Of a DNA stretch of 64,000 nt, positions 20,407 through 28,488 are shown piece by piece. The position numbers and the translations under genes are program-made. This DNA comes from a virus. Taxonomy: Duplodnaviria > Caudoviricetes. The notes below the pieces were generated by a model. The model did no database searches. It saw only the letters and a list, made by a program, of their open reading frames with translations, and was not told the DNA's origin. How positions within the stretch are numbered: the first letter of the stretch is position 1; each line of letters opens with the position of its first letter. Where the stretch lies: the IMG/VR virus record IMGVR_UViG_3300037501_000255. One strand, given 5' to 3'.

Positions 20407-21777
20407 TCATGCGGCCGTATCTCCTGAAAGGACAAATATATTTGATGCGTACGACACAAGTGTGGCAGCGCCATACTGACCGGCAATTTTAGTATGGCCT
20501 TGCCTATTGTTTATTGTTGTACCTGATGTTGAGAATGTAACTTGTCCAGCTCCCAGCTGGACACATATACAGTTAAATCCTGGCGTTAGGCCGGCAGGGA
20601 CCGCAACTGTTATTGCGGAGGCGTTGCTTAGCGTAACTGTTTTTCCATTATCGGATTGCTGAATAGTATAAGTCGTGCCGGTCTGCGAATTAATTGCCAA
20701 ACTTGCGCCCGACAGCGTTCCTCCATCCATCTGAAGGTATCCATCAATCGTCAGAGTGGTGCCATCCCAACGAAGAGCATCGTCGTATGATACGCTTGAC
20801 GCCCCAGTCCAGAACGTCATACGATTAGCTGTACCGGAACCTGTAATACCTCCGCCAGCAGTCAGATCGTACTCTGTGCCTGCATCATTTTTGAAATACA
20901 GGAGTCCGTCAGTCTTGGCGTAGAGGCGGCCATAGCCGGATGCTGGTGTGTCGGGTGCCGCGATTTCTGCAAGTTCAACATACCCATCGGCACGCATGTT
21001 GCCGGAAATATGTAGGCTGTGTTGTGGGGACGCGGTTCCTATACCAAGTCGGTTATTTGAGTCATCCCAAAAAATATTGGCATTGTCTTGTGCGATGGTC
21101 GCACCTGAACCTACAAATAGTACAGAGCCTGTTGTACCTCCGCTAATACCGCCGCCTATCGATATAGCCCCTCCAGTGGCCTGAAGATCGGTCTCAACAC
21201 CGGCGTCATTTAGTGCGTACAACTTTCCGTCAGTTTTAAAGTATACCTTGCCCAGCCCTGACGATGGCGTAGAGGGTGTGGCAATTTCGGGAAGTTGTGC
21301 AGCGCCTGAAAATGCCCTCGCTCCCGTAGTTAGTATATATTGTGTATGGTCGTCGTCACCAAGGCCTATTAGTGAACCATGATCCGAAGTGCCGCCGCTA
21401 GCCACGCCCCATTTCAAACCAGTTTCTGTAGAAGAGTCTGCAGTTAATACATAGCCATCTGGTCCCACAGCAAATCTAAGCTGCCCATCGTACCCATCAT
21501 GCGTTAATAGGTCACCTTTGGATGTTAGCCCTACGCTATTTAATGTGAAGAATTGCAAATCTATAATCTGCAGCACTTTGCGCACATTAATATCTATGTA
21601 TAATTTGCCTAATGGCGGCCTCAGCTCATTCATTATTGTAGTCTTAGAGACTATATCAGTTAGAGCAAACAGGTCAACCTCTTCTAGTGGAATTAGCGAT
21701 ACTACTCCTAGTATAGTGAGATTCCAGCCACTAATGTTTCTAACTACAAATTTTGGTTCAACAAATGTTAATGGCAT
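20407..21777 (-). CDS. Short fiber protein
   Basis: N-terminal domain shared with 41373 and 42929. Fiber modules GPDGYVLTADS, DHGSLIGLGDDDHTQY, WDDSNNRLGIGTASP. Ends VLSGDTAA. 4 DGY. Confidence 0.7.
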   Translation of the reverse strand: MPLTFVEPKFVVRNISGWNLTILGVVSLIPLEEVDLFALTDIVSKTTIMNELRPPLGKLYIDINVRKVLQIIDLQFFTLNSVGLTSKGDLLTHDGYDGQLRFAVGPDGYVLTADSSTETGLKWGVASGGTSDHGSLIGLGDDDHTQYILTTGARAFSGAAQLPEIATPSTPSSGLGKVYFKTDGKLYALNDAGVETDLQATGGAISIGGGISGGTTGSVLFVGSGATIAQDNANIFWDDSNNRLGIGTASPQHSLHISGNMRADGYVELAEIAAPDTPASGYGRLYAKTDGLLYFKNDAGTEYDLTAGGGITGSGTANRMTFWTGASSVSYDDALRWDGTTLTIDGYLQMDGGTLSGASLAINSQTGTTYTIQQSDNGKTVTLSNASAITVAVPAGLTPGFNCICVQLGAGQVTFSTSGTTINNRQGHTKIAGQYGAATLVSYASNIFVLSGDTAA

Positions 21778-21784
21778 ATCTCAC

Positions 21785-23848
21785 CTATAGAATTGCAGAT
21801 GCTGCGACGAGACTGGTGGGGTATGTGTATATCTCATGAGTTTTATCGAGTTTGCGCACTGTAAGAGTTTGCTTTCCATCATCACCAAATAGTATTCTAT
21901 TTCTCTCAACATTTAGTACTTCATATCTAAATTCTTCTATTGGTATCTCACCAGGATCTATTGGAAGATACCTGACAATTATATCTCTCTTTTTTATAGT
22001 TGGTATGGCTGGTGCCCAAATTGTAATTTCATCCGTCTGAGATAGGCCGCGATATTGTATTAGCGGAATATCGTTCCTGTACGGCTGGACGCGCATTGCA
22101 ATTAACCCATTTGGATTTTCGATATTTGGCCTATATAGGCGCTGGTATAGATAGCGATCGTATCCTCCCAGTATTCTGGTGCCATAACACAAAGCACAGC
22201 GTTCGGCGCTATGCTCGCCTCTTATCGAGTATCTGGGGCATTGCTGGCCTGTCGTTTTGGCCCGTAATAGCATGAATGGTTCGCCGGTAGTGGAGAGTAG
22301 GAGTTCTTCTCTGCGCAGGTTGGCGTCGGTCAGGCGCACACCTCCACCGAATCCGTCTTCGCGTCCACCAAAATACGTGCTACACTTATTACCGGTATAT
22401 AAGTTAACTAGCGTAGTAGTATTTGCCTTGTATGTTCCACAAAGCTCATCTTGCGAAGTAAAGTCGATGTTCTCTGTTTCGAATTCCGAATGATCTTCGT
22501 GCAGATTGTCTACCTGCCATGCGCGATAGCCGTCAGGATCCTGCATGGAGGCATATCCATCTGGATCATTTGGATCTGGGGGTAGCCACGGTGAATTCGA
22601 TCCTGCATCCCATGTCGGCACAGCAAACTGGAAGCTAAGATTTATATCTTCTATTCCCTTAAATAGTTCGACTGCAGTTCCGTTTGCATGCGTCTCGAGA
22701 TTTCCCAATGAAAACGCATCTCTCTGAGAAATAGTGAATGATGTTGTGGTTTTGCTTGAGTACGCCACCACCTCATGGCCGAGTTTTAGATACCCAGAAG
22801 TAGGGAAGCCTGCTGTATCCGGTGCAACTGTGAGTGTGAGTTCGTCACTGTTGAAATACCCGTCCAGATGATTGACTGCTACAGCTGCAGGATACTCATA
22901 ATAATCTGGGCCGGGTGTGTTTAGCTGCGTGATTGGCTGATCTTCGGGATAGTACGTGGCGCGAACAGCAAAATAATAGCCGTCGCCTCCGTGTAATCCA
23001 ACTACTGCCACACTTAGCGCATCTGTAATTGCCTTCGGCGTATCGAATAGGCCATCAAGAGTAGTACTCCAATAAACGTTGTAGTACGTTTTGCTTAGTC
23101 CTGTCGGTGTTAATGCCGGTTTCCAATGAGTTTTGATGACCGAGCCTAGTCCCAAATCTTCGGCAAATTGTATGCCCGGTCTGAATGGATCCGCCCATGT
23201 GGGCAGATCAAAGGAGCAGGCTGAGGTGCGCTGGAAAAATACAGTGTTGCCCTCTTCGAATCCTTTAAAAAGCGACACTGCGTATCCAGCAGGGAATGTG
23301 TAACCGTCGTTACATCCAAATGGATTCCAATTTGATATTATGAATGCTGGATTTCCTGAACTGATACCTATCGATGAGTATAGTACAATCTCATCTCCAA
23401 TTTGTACATAGCCATCAGTAAGTGGAAATCCGGCTGTAGATGTGACTTCTAGCGCTGCCGTATTCAGTAGTGTGGAGAATGACGCGACGCTTGTGGGAGG
23501 GGCTGGATAAGCGTATGCTGTGGCATTTATAGCCATGTTGCTGAGTAGAGAAAAATCCTCGGCTACGCCCATCTGCGTCGCGCGGACAGCAAAGTAGTAG
23601 CCGTCGTTGGCTAGTGTGTAGGGTATATCTGCAGTTAACCTATCGATTGCAAATGCGCGTGGCTGGTCAAAAAGCTCGATGGGATCGTCGGACCAGTAAA
23701 TGTTATAGAAAACGAATGGGGCAGCTGGCGATGGTTGTGCCTGCGCCCAGGCAATCGTTGTTTTCTGTAACGCAATATTCTCTACCGCGCTATTAAGGCC
23801 TACTCGGTAAGGGTTTGTCCAGAGCGGTGTGGGTAGGTAACATATCAT
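21785..23848 (-). CDS. Putative neck/head-closure protein with two N-terminal FN3-like repeat units and a Cys cluster
   Basis: Two ~200-aa repeats (YNIYWS...LFDQPRA...DGYYFAVRAT / YNVYWS...LFDTPKA...DGYYFAVRAT). C-terminal CPRY...CALCYGTRILGGY and IKKRDIIVR...RYEVLNVERN resemble large-phage neck proteins. 7 DGY. Confidence 0.55.
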   Translation of the reverse strand: MICYLPTPLWTNPYRVGLNSAVENIALQKTTIAWAQAQPSPAAPFVFYNIYWSDDPIELFDQPRAFAIDRLTADIPYTLANDGYYFAVRATQMGVAEDFSLLSNMAINATAYAYPAPPTSVASFSTLLNTAALEVTSTAGFPLTDGYVQIGDEIVLYSSIGISSGNPAFIISNWNPFGCNDGYTFPAGYAVSLFKGFEEGNTVFFQRTSACSFDLPTWADPFRPGIQFAEDLGLGSVIKTHWKPALTPTGLSKTYYNVYWSTTLDGLFDTPKAITDALSVAVVGLHGGDGYYFAVRATYYPEDQPITQLNTPGPDYYEYPAAVAVNHLDGYFNSDELTLTVAPDTAGFPTSGYLKLGHEVVAYSSKTTTSFTISQRDAFSLGNLETHANGTAVELFKGIEDINLSFQFAVPTWDAGSNSPWLPPDPNDPDGYASMQDPDGYRAWQVDNLHEDHSEFETENIDFTSQDELCGTYKANTTTLVNLYTGNKCSTYFGGREDGFGGGVRLTDANLRREELLLSTTGEPFMLLRAKTTGQQCPRYSIRGEHSAERCALCYGTRILGGYDRYLYQRLYRPNIENPNGLIAMRVQPYRNDIPLIQYRGLSQTDEITIWAPAIPTIKKRDIIVRYLPIDPGEIPIEEFRYEVLNVERNRILFGDDGKQTLTVRKLDKTHEIYTYPTSLVAASAIL

Positions 23849-24333
23849 CTCTCATCCCTAAGTATTCGCTCTTTCTCCGCGCGTTCCTTACCAATAATAT
23901 CATGAAAGTCTAGTAGCTCTTTCAAATATATGTCTGCTTCTTCTTGATTTTTGTATTCTTTGATAAATCTTATCTGCTCACGAAATGCTTGCAATTCCAA
24001 CGGATTATCCAGATAGTGCTTAAACTTGTAATCTTTCGCCTTATCTACGAAGCCTGTGAGGTACTGCAGTACGTGTACGAGTTCATGCACCAGGTAGTGT
24101 AAATCATCTACTATGTTTCCGTCCTCTAGAAATTTTTTGTTTATGACGATGCTGTCTTTGTTGGCCTTGGCTGAGACTCCGATATCTCCAAATTCGATTT
24201 TAATTTTGTGAATATACTCTGGGTCTATATCAAATTTCTTAAATAGCCGCTCTACCAACTCATGTTCTTTGAGCAGGTTAATGACTTGCTCTACTAGCTC
24301 TTCCTGTTTTTTCTTACTATTGTGAATTGGCAT
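23845..24333 (-). CDS. Zincin-like metallopeptidase (HExxH)
   Basis: LVHELVHVLQ followed by YLDNPLELQAF. Probable start MPIHNS at 24333. Confidence 0.65.
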   Translation of the reverse strand: MPIHNSKKKQEELVEQVINLLKEHELVERLFKKFDIDPEYIHKIKIEFGDIGVSAKANKDSIVINKKFLEDGNIVDDLHYLVHELVHVLQYLTGFVDKAKDYKFKHYLDNPLELQAFREQIRFIKEYKNQEEADIYLKELLDFHDIIGKERAEKERILRDER

Positions 24334-24520
24334 ATTTGAGCTTTTTAACCCTAATCTGTTCTCTGGCTTCCTCAAATGCCGCCATATCATTATCTGATAG
24401 TTGTATATCCGAGCAGTCGCACATTATTTTTATAATCTTTGATACCTTCTTCTTGATTTTCTTAGTGCTGCTTTTGCGCATAGCTTTGAGTTCGTCAATC
24501 TGACTCTGATCCATCGTCAT
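24317..24520 (-). CDS. Small basic hypothetical protein
   Basis: 67 aa, overlapping both neighbours by 17-26 nt. Confidence 0.5.
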   Translation of the reverse strand: MTMDQSQIDELKAMRKSSTKKIKKKVSKIIKIMCDCSDIQLSDNDMAAFEEAREQIRVKKLKYANSQ

Positions 24521-24914
24521 CTCCTGAAAAAATTGGCGTTAGATCAGACTTACGAGAACCTAGTTGCTCTATAAGTCGATCCAGTGTTGAAAGTGTATTT
24601 GATGCCAATAAGTTGTAGTCGCGGGCCAAATCACGCATATCTTCTATTCTTTTTTCATTAAGATCTAGTATAGTTGAATTGTATTTATTATTCAACTCGT
24701 TGAGTGATGTGAGATATTTGTCGTGCAGTTTTTTAATATCGCTCACATAGTCAATCGTCGTCGGCTCGGTCTTCTTGGGCCTGCTGCGATTCTTAACATA
24801 CAAGTATATGGCGCTGCCCCAGCCAACTAATGTCGCTGCAGCCAACATACCCATGGGACCGCTGCCCCAAAGTGTTGTTATTACTTGCGAAAAGAAGGCA
24901 AGAAGTACGTCCAC
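24495..24914 (-). CDS. Holin-like membrane protein with coiled coil
   Basis: N-terminal hydrophobic segment (GPMGMLAAATLVGWGSAIYLYV) followed by a heptad-rich helix. Confidence 0.5.
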   Translation of the reverse strand: MDVLLAFFSQVITTLWGSGPMGMLAAATLVGWGSAIYLYVKNRSRPKKTEPTTIDYVSDIKKLHDKYLTSLNELNNKYNSTILDLNEKRIEDMRDLARDYNLLASNTLSTLDRLIEQLGSRKSDLTPIFSGDDDGSESD

Positions 24915-24921
24915 GTGAACC

Positions 24922-25167
24922 TCATAGTGCTATGCCGAAACCAGAGCGAGTACCACCTCCGGTAAAGGAAATTTCTTTTACCAATCCTAGATGTGTAAAT
25001 TGATAGGTGCCCGCTGTCATCGGTATGAAGTTTGTACCATCAAGACTCATATTATTTGTGCCAACAAATGTGATGATGAGGTTTGTTATCGGGCGCGTAA
25101 ATATGTGCGTCTCGGTACCGGTCGATGAAAAATTCTGAACATTAGTGTTAGCTGTCTCGATGGCCAT
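24922..25167 (-). CDS. Small beta-strand protein, probably virion-associated
   Basis: 81 aa with SD GAGGAG and a TACTAATA motif 43 nt upstream. Confidence 0.6.
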   Translation of the reverse strand: MAIETANTNVQNFSSTGTETHIFTRPITNLIITFVGTNNMSLDGTNFIPMTAGTYQFTHLGLVKEISFTGGGTRSGFGIAL

Positions 25168-25204
25168 GCGGAAGCTCCTCGTCTATGGAATATCAAGACT
25201 GTGC

Positions 25205-26419
25205 TTAAATATTAGTAGCAGTGTCATAGCGGAATTTCCAGCCGCGATGTTGGTTTTGTCGCCCCGAAATGCAGTCGTGTACGCCAGCATATGAAACAGC
25301 GAATTTTTCAACCGCTTCGGGTGCTCCGGCAAGGCGGTGCTCTTCGCCGGTAGCTATATTCGTGGCAATAATGGGGCGGCGGCGCTTTACATTAGGCTTG
25401 CCCCGCTTAACTGCAGAGCGCGCCTCTGGCGCTGATGCCGCGAAACTACGGGCCTCCTCAAACTTGGCTCGTTTTCGCTCCATCCACACAGTTGCACCGC
25501 GATATAGGTAGTCTGCTATAGACATAGCCGCCGTATTACCGCCGTATTCTAGCACTCCGATTCCGTTATTGAACCTGATGGCTTTTCCTCGTTTCCACTT
25601 GCCATTGGTGATATTGGTGTCAAATAGGTCGCGCATTTGCGATAGGAATTCCTCAGTGCCACGGATATTTAGATATACCTGGGGAATTGTTCTATTTTTA
25701 CCCAACACAGTTGTGTATGTGGACCCATCTCCATCGAAATATCCTCGTAAAAAGTGGTGTACGAGCGGGTGCTGTATTAACCATTCCGGCATAGCGAATG
25801 TATGTGCTTTTCTTACGGTGAGGCCGAATCGATGTAGATCATCAAATAGTTTATCTGAAGAAATTTGCAGGTCTGTACGCACTATATTTTCACCCAATTT
25901 ATTGACCTCGCTTAGTGTGTAATCTTTGACTTCAGAATTGTAGTTAAGGGCCCGCGCAAACTTCCGTACTTCCTCCCCATCTGATGCTGCTAAACACAGT
26001 TGTACCTGCTTGTATCTGCCTCCTTTCAATTTTAGGCATCCGTCAGCCGCCAAAAATCCCGCATAGTAAAAACTTAATTCATTATTGTTAGCGAAAAAGT
26101 CCTCGTTGCATAATATCCTAGCGCACCTATTATCCTCTAGTAAGTCCGGCGGTATCCGGTGGCGCAGAGCCTCTTTTGACACACCATAGAACTCACCCAG
26201 CTTCACTAGTGACTTTAGTTCTAAGTATTTTCCTATTAACTCTTCTGATGATATTAATTCGCACTTTGCTCTAGAATCAGACTTCGGTCCGCTGCTAATT
26301 CCATGTTTTTTTAGATGCCAATATACAGTTTGTACATTAATACCTGTAGCTCTAGCTATCTCGACTGCATTTCCGTGCTGTTGTTTGATGGTATTCCAAA
26401 AATTAAAGTCTCGCTTCAT
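25205..26419 (-). CDS. Free-standing double-motif LAGLIDADG homing endonuclease with HTH and NUMOD1-like domains
   Basis: YYAGFLAADG and HFLRGYFDGDGS motifs. N-terminal HTH (AVEIARATGINVQTVYWHLKKHGI). C-terminal RPIIATNIATGEEH...VHDCISGRQNQHRGWKF. Confidence 0.9.
   Translation of the reverse strand: MKRDFNFWNTIKQQHGNAVEIARATGINVQTVYWHLKKHGISSGPKSDSRAKCELISSEELIGKYLELKSLVKLGEFYGVSKEALRHRIPPDLLEDNRCARILCNEDFFANNNELSFYYAGFLAADGCLKLKGGRYKQVQLCLAASDGEEVRKFARALNYNSEVKDYTLSEVNKLGENIVRTDLQISSDKLFDDLHRFGLTVRKAHTFAMPEWLIQHPLVHHFLRGYFDGDGSTYTTVLGKNRTIPQVYLNIRGTEEFLSQMRDLFDTNITNGKWKRGKAIRFNNGIGVLEYGGNTAAMSIADYLYRGATVWMERKRAKFEEARSFAASAPEARSAVKRGKPNVKRRRPIIATNIATGEEHRLAGAPEAVEKFAVSYAGVHDCISGRQNQHRGWKFRYDTATNI
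25210..25217 (-). promoter_or_regulatory. Candidate late promoter TACTAATA within the last codons of the LAGLIDADG gene
   Basis: 43 nt upstream of 24922-25167. Confidence 0.5.
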
Positions 26420-26483
26420 AAATCCTCCTAGCAGATCTATACAGCAGGACTTATAAAATTTGCCGGTCGCACCATAAACTCAA

Positions 26484-27377
26484 TCAGATTATCTGTTTTT
26501 CTCGTAAATGCTTAAGCCTCAAAACGGCTGGATTTCTTGCAAACAAACTGCCGGCACTCATACCGAGCGGGGCCGGGCGCATGTTGTGCTTCGCCTCTCT
26601 CAGCTTTGCGCGGTAATCCGATAGGTGTGCATTAAACATCGTAGTTATCGTGCTGCTGACTGGGGGCGGCTGTAGCGCTACACCGTTGTCATTTATGGAG
26701 AATTCCCTACCAGATTCTAGTATGGCCTGGCCTGTCCACGCTTGCAGCATAGCCCCCTGCGTAAGTATATCTGCGAACAACGTTCGCGTTAACATATCAT
26801 CAAACGTGTACCCGGTTATTGTCGGGGTAAGGTTGAATTCTGAAAGTGAAGTGCATAGGAATTGGAAGAGATCTTCTGTAGAGAAGACGTCGCACTTAGA
26901 TCCGTCCGGCTTAAATGCTGTGCTACGAAGGCGGGATTTGAGCATCTTCAATAATACGTTTATATTTGCTTTCGCTTGTTCAGAAAACTCTACTAGGGAT
27001 GGCCATGGGTCATCACCGATCTCTATAGTTGGATCTACTACAGTACCGACAGCCTGGATGGCTCCGGCAGAGTTGACTGTAAAATTAAAGGTGGCGCTTA
27101 GGGTATAGCCGTCTACGGAGCCGTACCATACATCAGTCCATACACCGGAGGTGTACCCATCCGGTACGGTAAGCTCGTATCTGTAGCGGCCCGGGCCGAT
27201 CCACTCTACGCCTGTCGAACTTAGGGCTCGGATTGGTGTGCCGGCTGCATCAAATATAGCCAGCGAAGGATTGGTGTCTGCATCTTTCTGTGTACCGGCC
27301 ACATCTGTAAATTGCACATCTAGGCGAAGCTCCTCGCCTACCGGAACAGCGTCGCGGTTGTAGGTATAACGCGCCAT
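26484..27377 (-). CDS. Putative head-tail adaptor (neck) protein with N-terminal Ig-like domain
   Basis: Ig-like N-terminus (LRLDVQFTD...GRYRYELTVPDGY...WTDVW). Helical C-terminal domain FSTEDLFQFL...SLSEFNLTP...GREFSINDNG is adaptor-like. Confidence 0.55.
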   Translation of the reverse strand: MARYTYNRDAVPVGEELRLDVQFTDVAGTQKDADTNPSLAIFDAAGTPIRALSSTGVEWIGPGRYRYELTVPDGYTSGVWTDVWYGSVDGYTLSATFNFTVNSAGAIQAVGTVVDPTIEIGDDPWPSLVEFSEQAKANINVLLKMLKSRLRSTAFKPDGSKCDVFSTEDLFQFLCTSLSEFNLTPTITGYTFDDMLTRTLFADILTQGAMLQAWTGQAILESGREFSINDNGVALQPPPVSSTITTMFNAHLSDYRAKLREAKHNMRPAPLGMSAGSLFARNPAVLRLKHLREKQII

Positions 27378-27415
27378 AAAACCTCATGAGATTGGCTATA
27401 TACCTATATCGCAAA

Positions 27416-27423
27416 TATTAGTA
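27416..27423 (-). promoter_or_regulatory. Candidate late promoter TACTAATA
   Basis: Overlaps the upstream stop codon; 39 nt before the adaptor gene. Confidence 0.55.
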
Positions 27424-27897
27424 GCGTGTCTTTACATCTACATAGCGAGATGGTGGTTGGGCGGGCGCGGATAATTCGGCATTGTCGAGTACTCCGCCCC
27501 CATCTACTTCGAGTTCTGGCTCAGCAAATCCATCTGCATAATCAGTAAATTTTGATAGTGACTGTTCATCCAAAATTCCTGTAAGTTCTTCAATATATTG
27601 TTTCTTTTTTGGATCAATAGCTACACCCACCCTGGAGCGGGAGGGTATGGGGCGATCTGACTCGCGCAGCTTTTGTTGAAATTGATCCGTCTCCTTTTTA
27701 GGAGGATGCGGTGTCTTGAGAAGTTTTTTAGATACAACAGCACGATACAGAGCGCCTATTGACTCTGATTCATGAAGTTGTTCATCAGAAATCATAGGAT
27801 TAAGCTGGCGCGGCAAAACCGTTTGGCCAGCTTTTATCGTTATTCCTATGTCAGATATCAACAAATCATTTTTAGTAAGATTTGTATAATACTGCAT
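27418..27897 (-). CDS. Putative virion protein with 'ISDLG' N-terminal domain
   Basis: LLISDIGITI...ISDEQLHES resembles the N-termini of 38970 and 40018. Confidence 0.5.
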   Translation of the reverse strand: MQYYTNLTKNDLLISDIGITIKAGQTVLPRQLNPMISDEQLHESESIGALYRAVVSKKLLKTPHPPKKETDQFQQKLRESDRPIPSRSRVGVAIDPKKKQYIEELTGILDEQSLSKFTDYADGFAEPELEVDGGGVLDNAELSAPAQPPSRYVDVKTRY

Positions 27898-28115
27898 TAT
27901 TCTTCTGGTTCTAATTTAACATTGACGGCCATAGGCCCCTTGTGATTCATTCCAACCTCAAAGGATACCCTCTGACCTGGCTCAAGTTTTTTGTAGCCTT
28001 CCATAACTATTTGGGAAAAATGAACAAATATATCTGATCTGAAATCTGATTCCTCAGTCGATATGAATCCGTATCCCTTGTTAAAGAACGCTACCTTTCC
28101 TAATTTCCGTGCCAC
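27897..28115 (-). CDS. csp: Cold-shock domain protein (CspA family)
   Basis: 72 aa with RNP1 KGYGFI, RNP2 IFVHFS and C-terminal LEPGQRVSFEV...KGPMAVNV. Confidence 0.93.
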   Translation of the reverse strand: MARKLGKVAFFNKGYGFISTEESDFRSDIFVHFSQIVMEGYKKLEPGQRVSFEVGMNHKGPMAVNVKLEPEE

Positions 28116-28125
28116 TACCTACTCC

Positions 28126-28389
28126 TCATTGCGCCGGCTGAAATGCCTCGGCCGATGCTGATGCTGCCTTAGCCAATGATAGTATTAGCTTCAGCTGTGC
28201 GTCAAACGCACCTGAGAGGCGTAAAAATTCAACCTCTTTCTCCTTGAGTGAGGTGGTGAGCTTTTCACGCTCTTGATTGTTTGATTTAATCGATTGATCG
28301 AGCTCCAGAAGCTGATCTTTGATTGCCTGCTCGGCGGATGATAAATCTGTGCGCTGCAGGAATGCGTTGAGCGTATCTACATCTGACAT
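28126..28389 (-). CDS. Small coiled-coil protein
   Basis: 87-aa heptad-rich ORF with SD AGGAG. Confidence 0.65.
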   Translation of the reverse strand: MSDVDTLNAFLQRTDLSSAEQAIKDQLLELDQSIKSNNQEREKLTTSLKEKEVEFLRLSGAFDAQLKLILSLAKAASASAEAFQPAQ

Positions 28390-28488
28390 GTCTTACTCCT
28401 TGCTATTTTAGTGGGCCGCTGCCCAACAGAATATATACATCTGTATTCGTAGCGGCTTCAGTATTTGATTTGGTGCACATATCATATA

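Noticed and set aside
20336-20410. 24-aa ATGA-coupled mini-ORF (MIGAAISWVIVKQMLLQQMLQLEA)
   Set aside because: Too short to support from sequence alone.
25205-26483. Possible third intron around the free-standing LAGLIDADG gene
   Set aside because: No P4 (UGCUG/CAGCA) or P7 (GACUA/UAGUC) arrangement was seen, and both flanking genes are complete.
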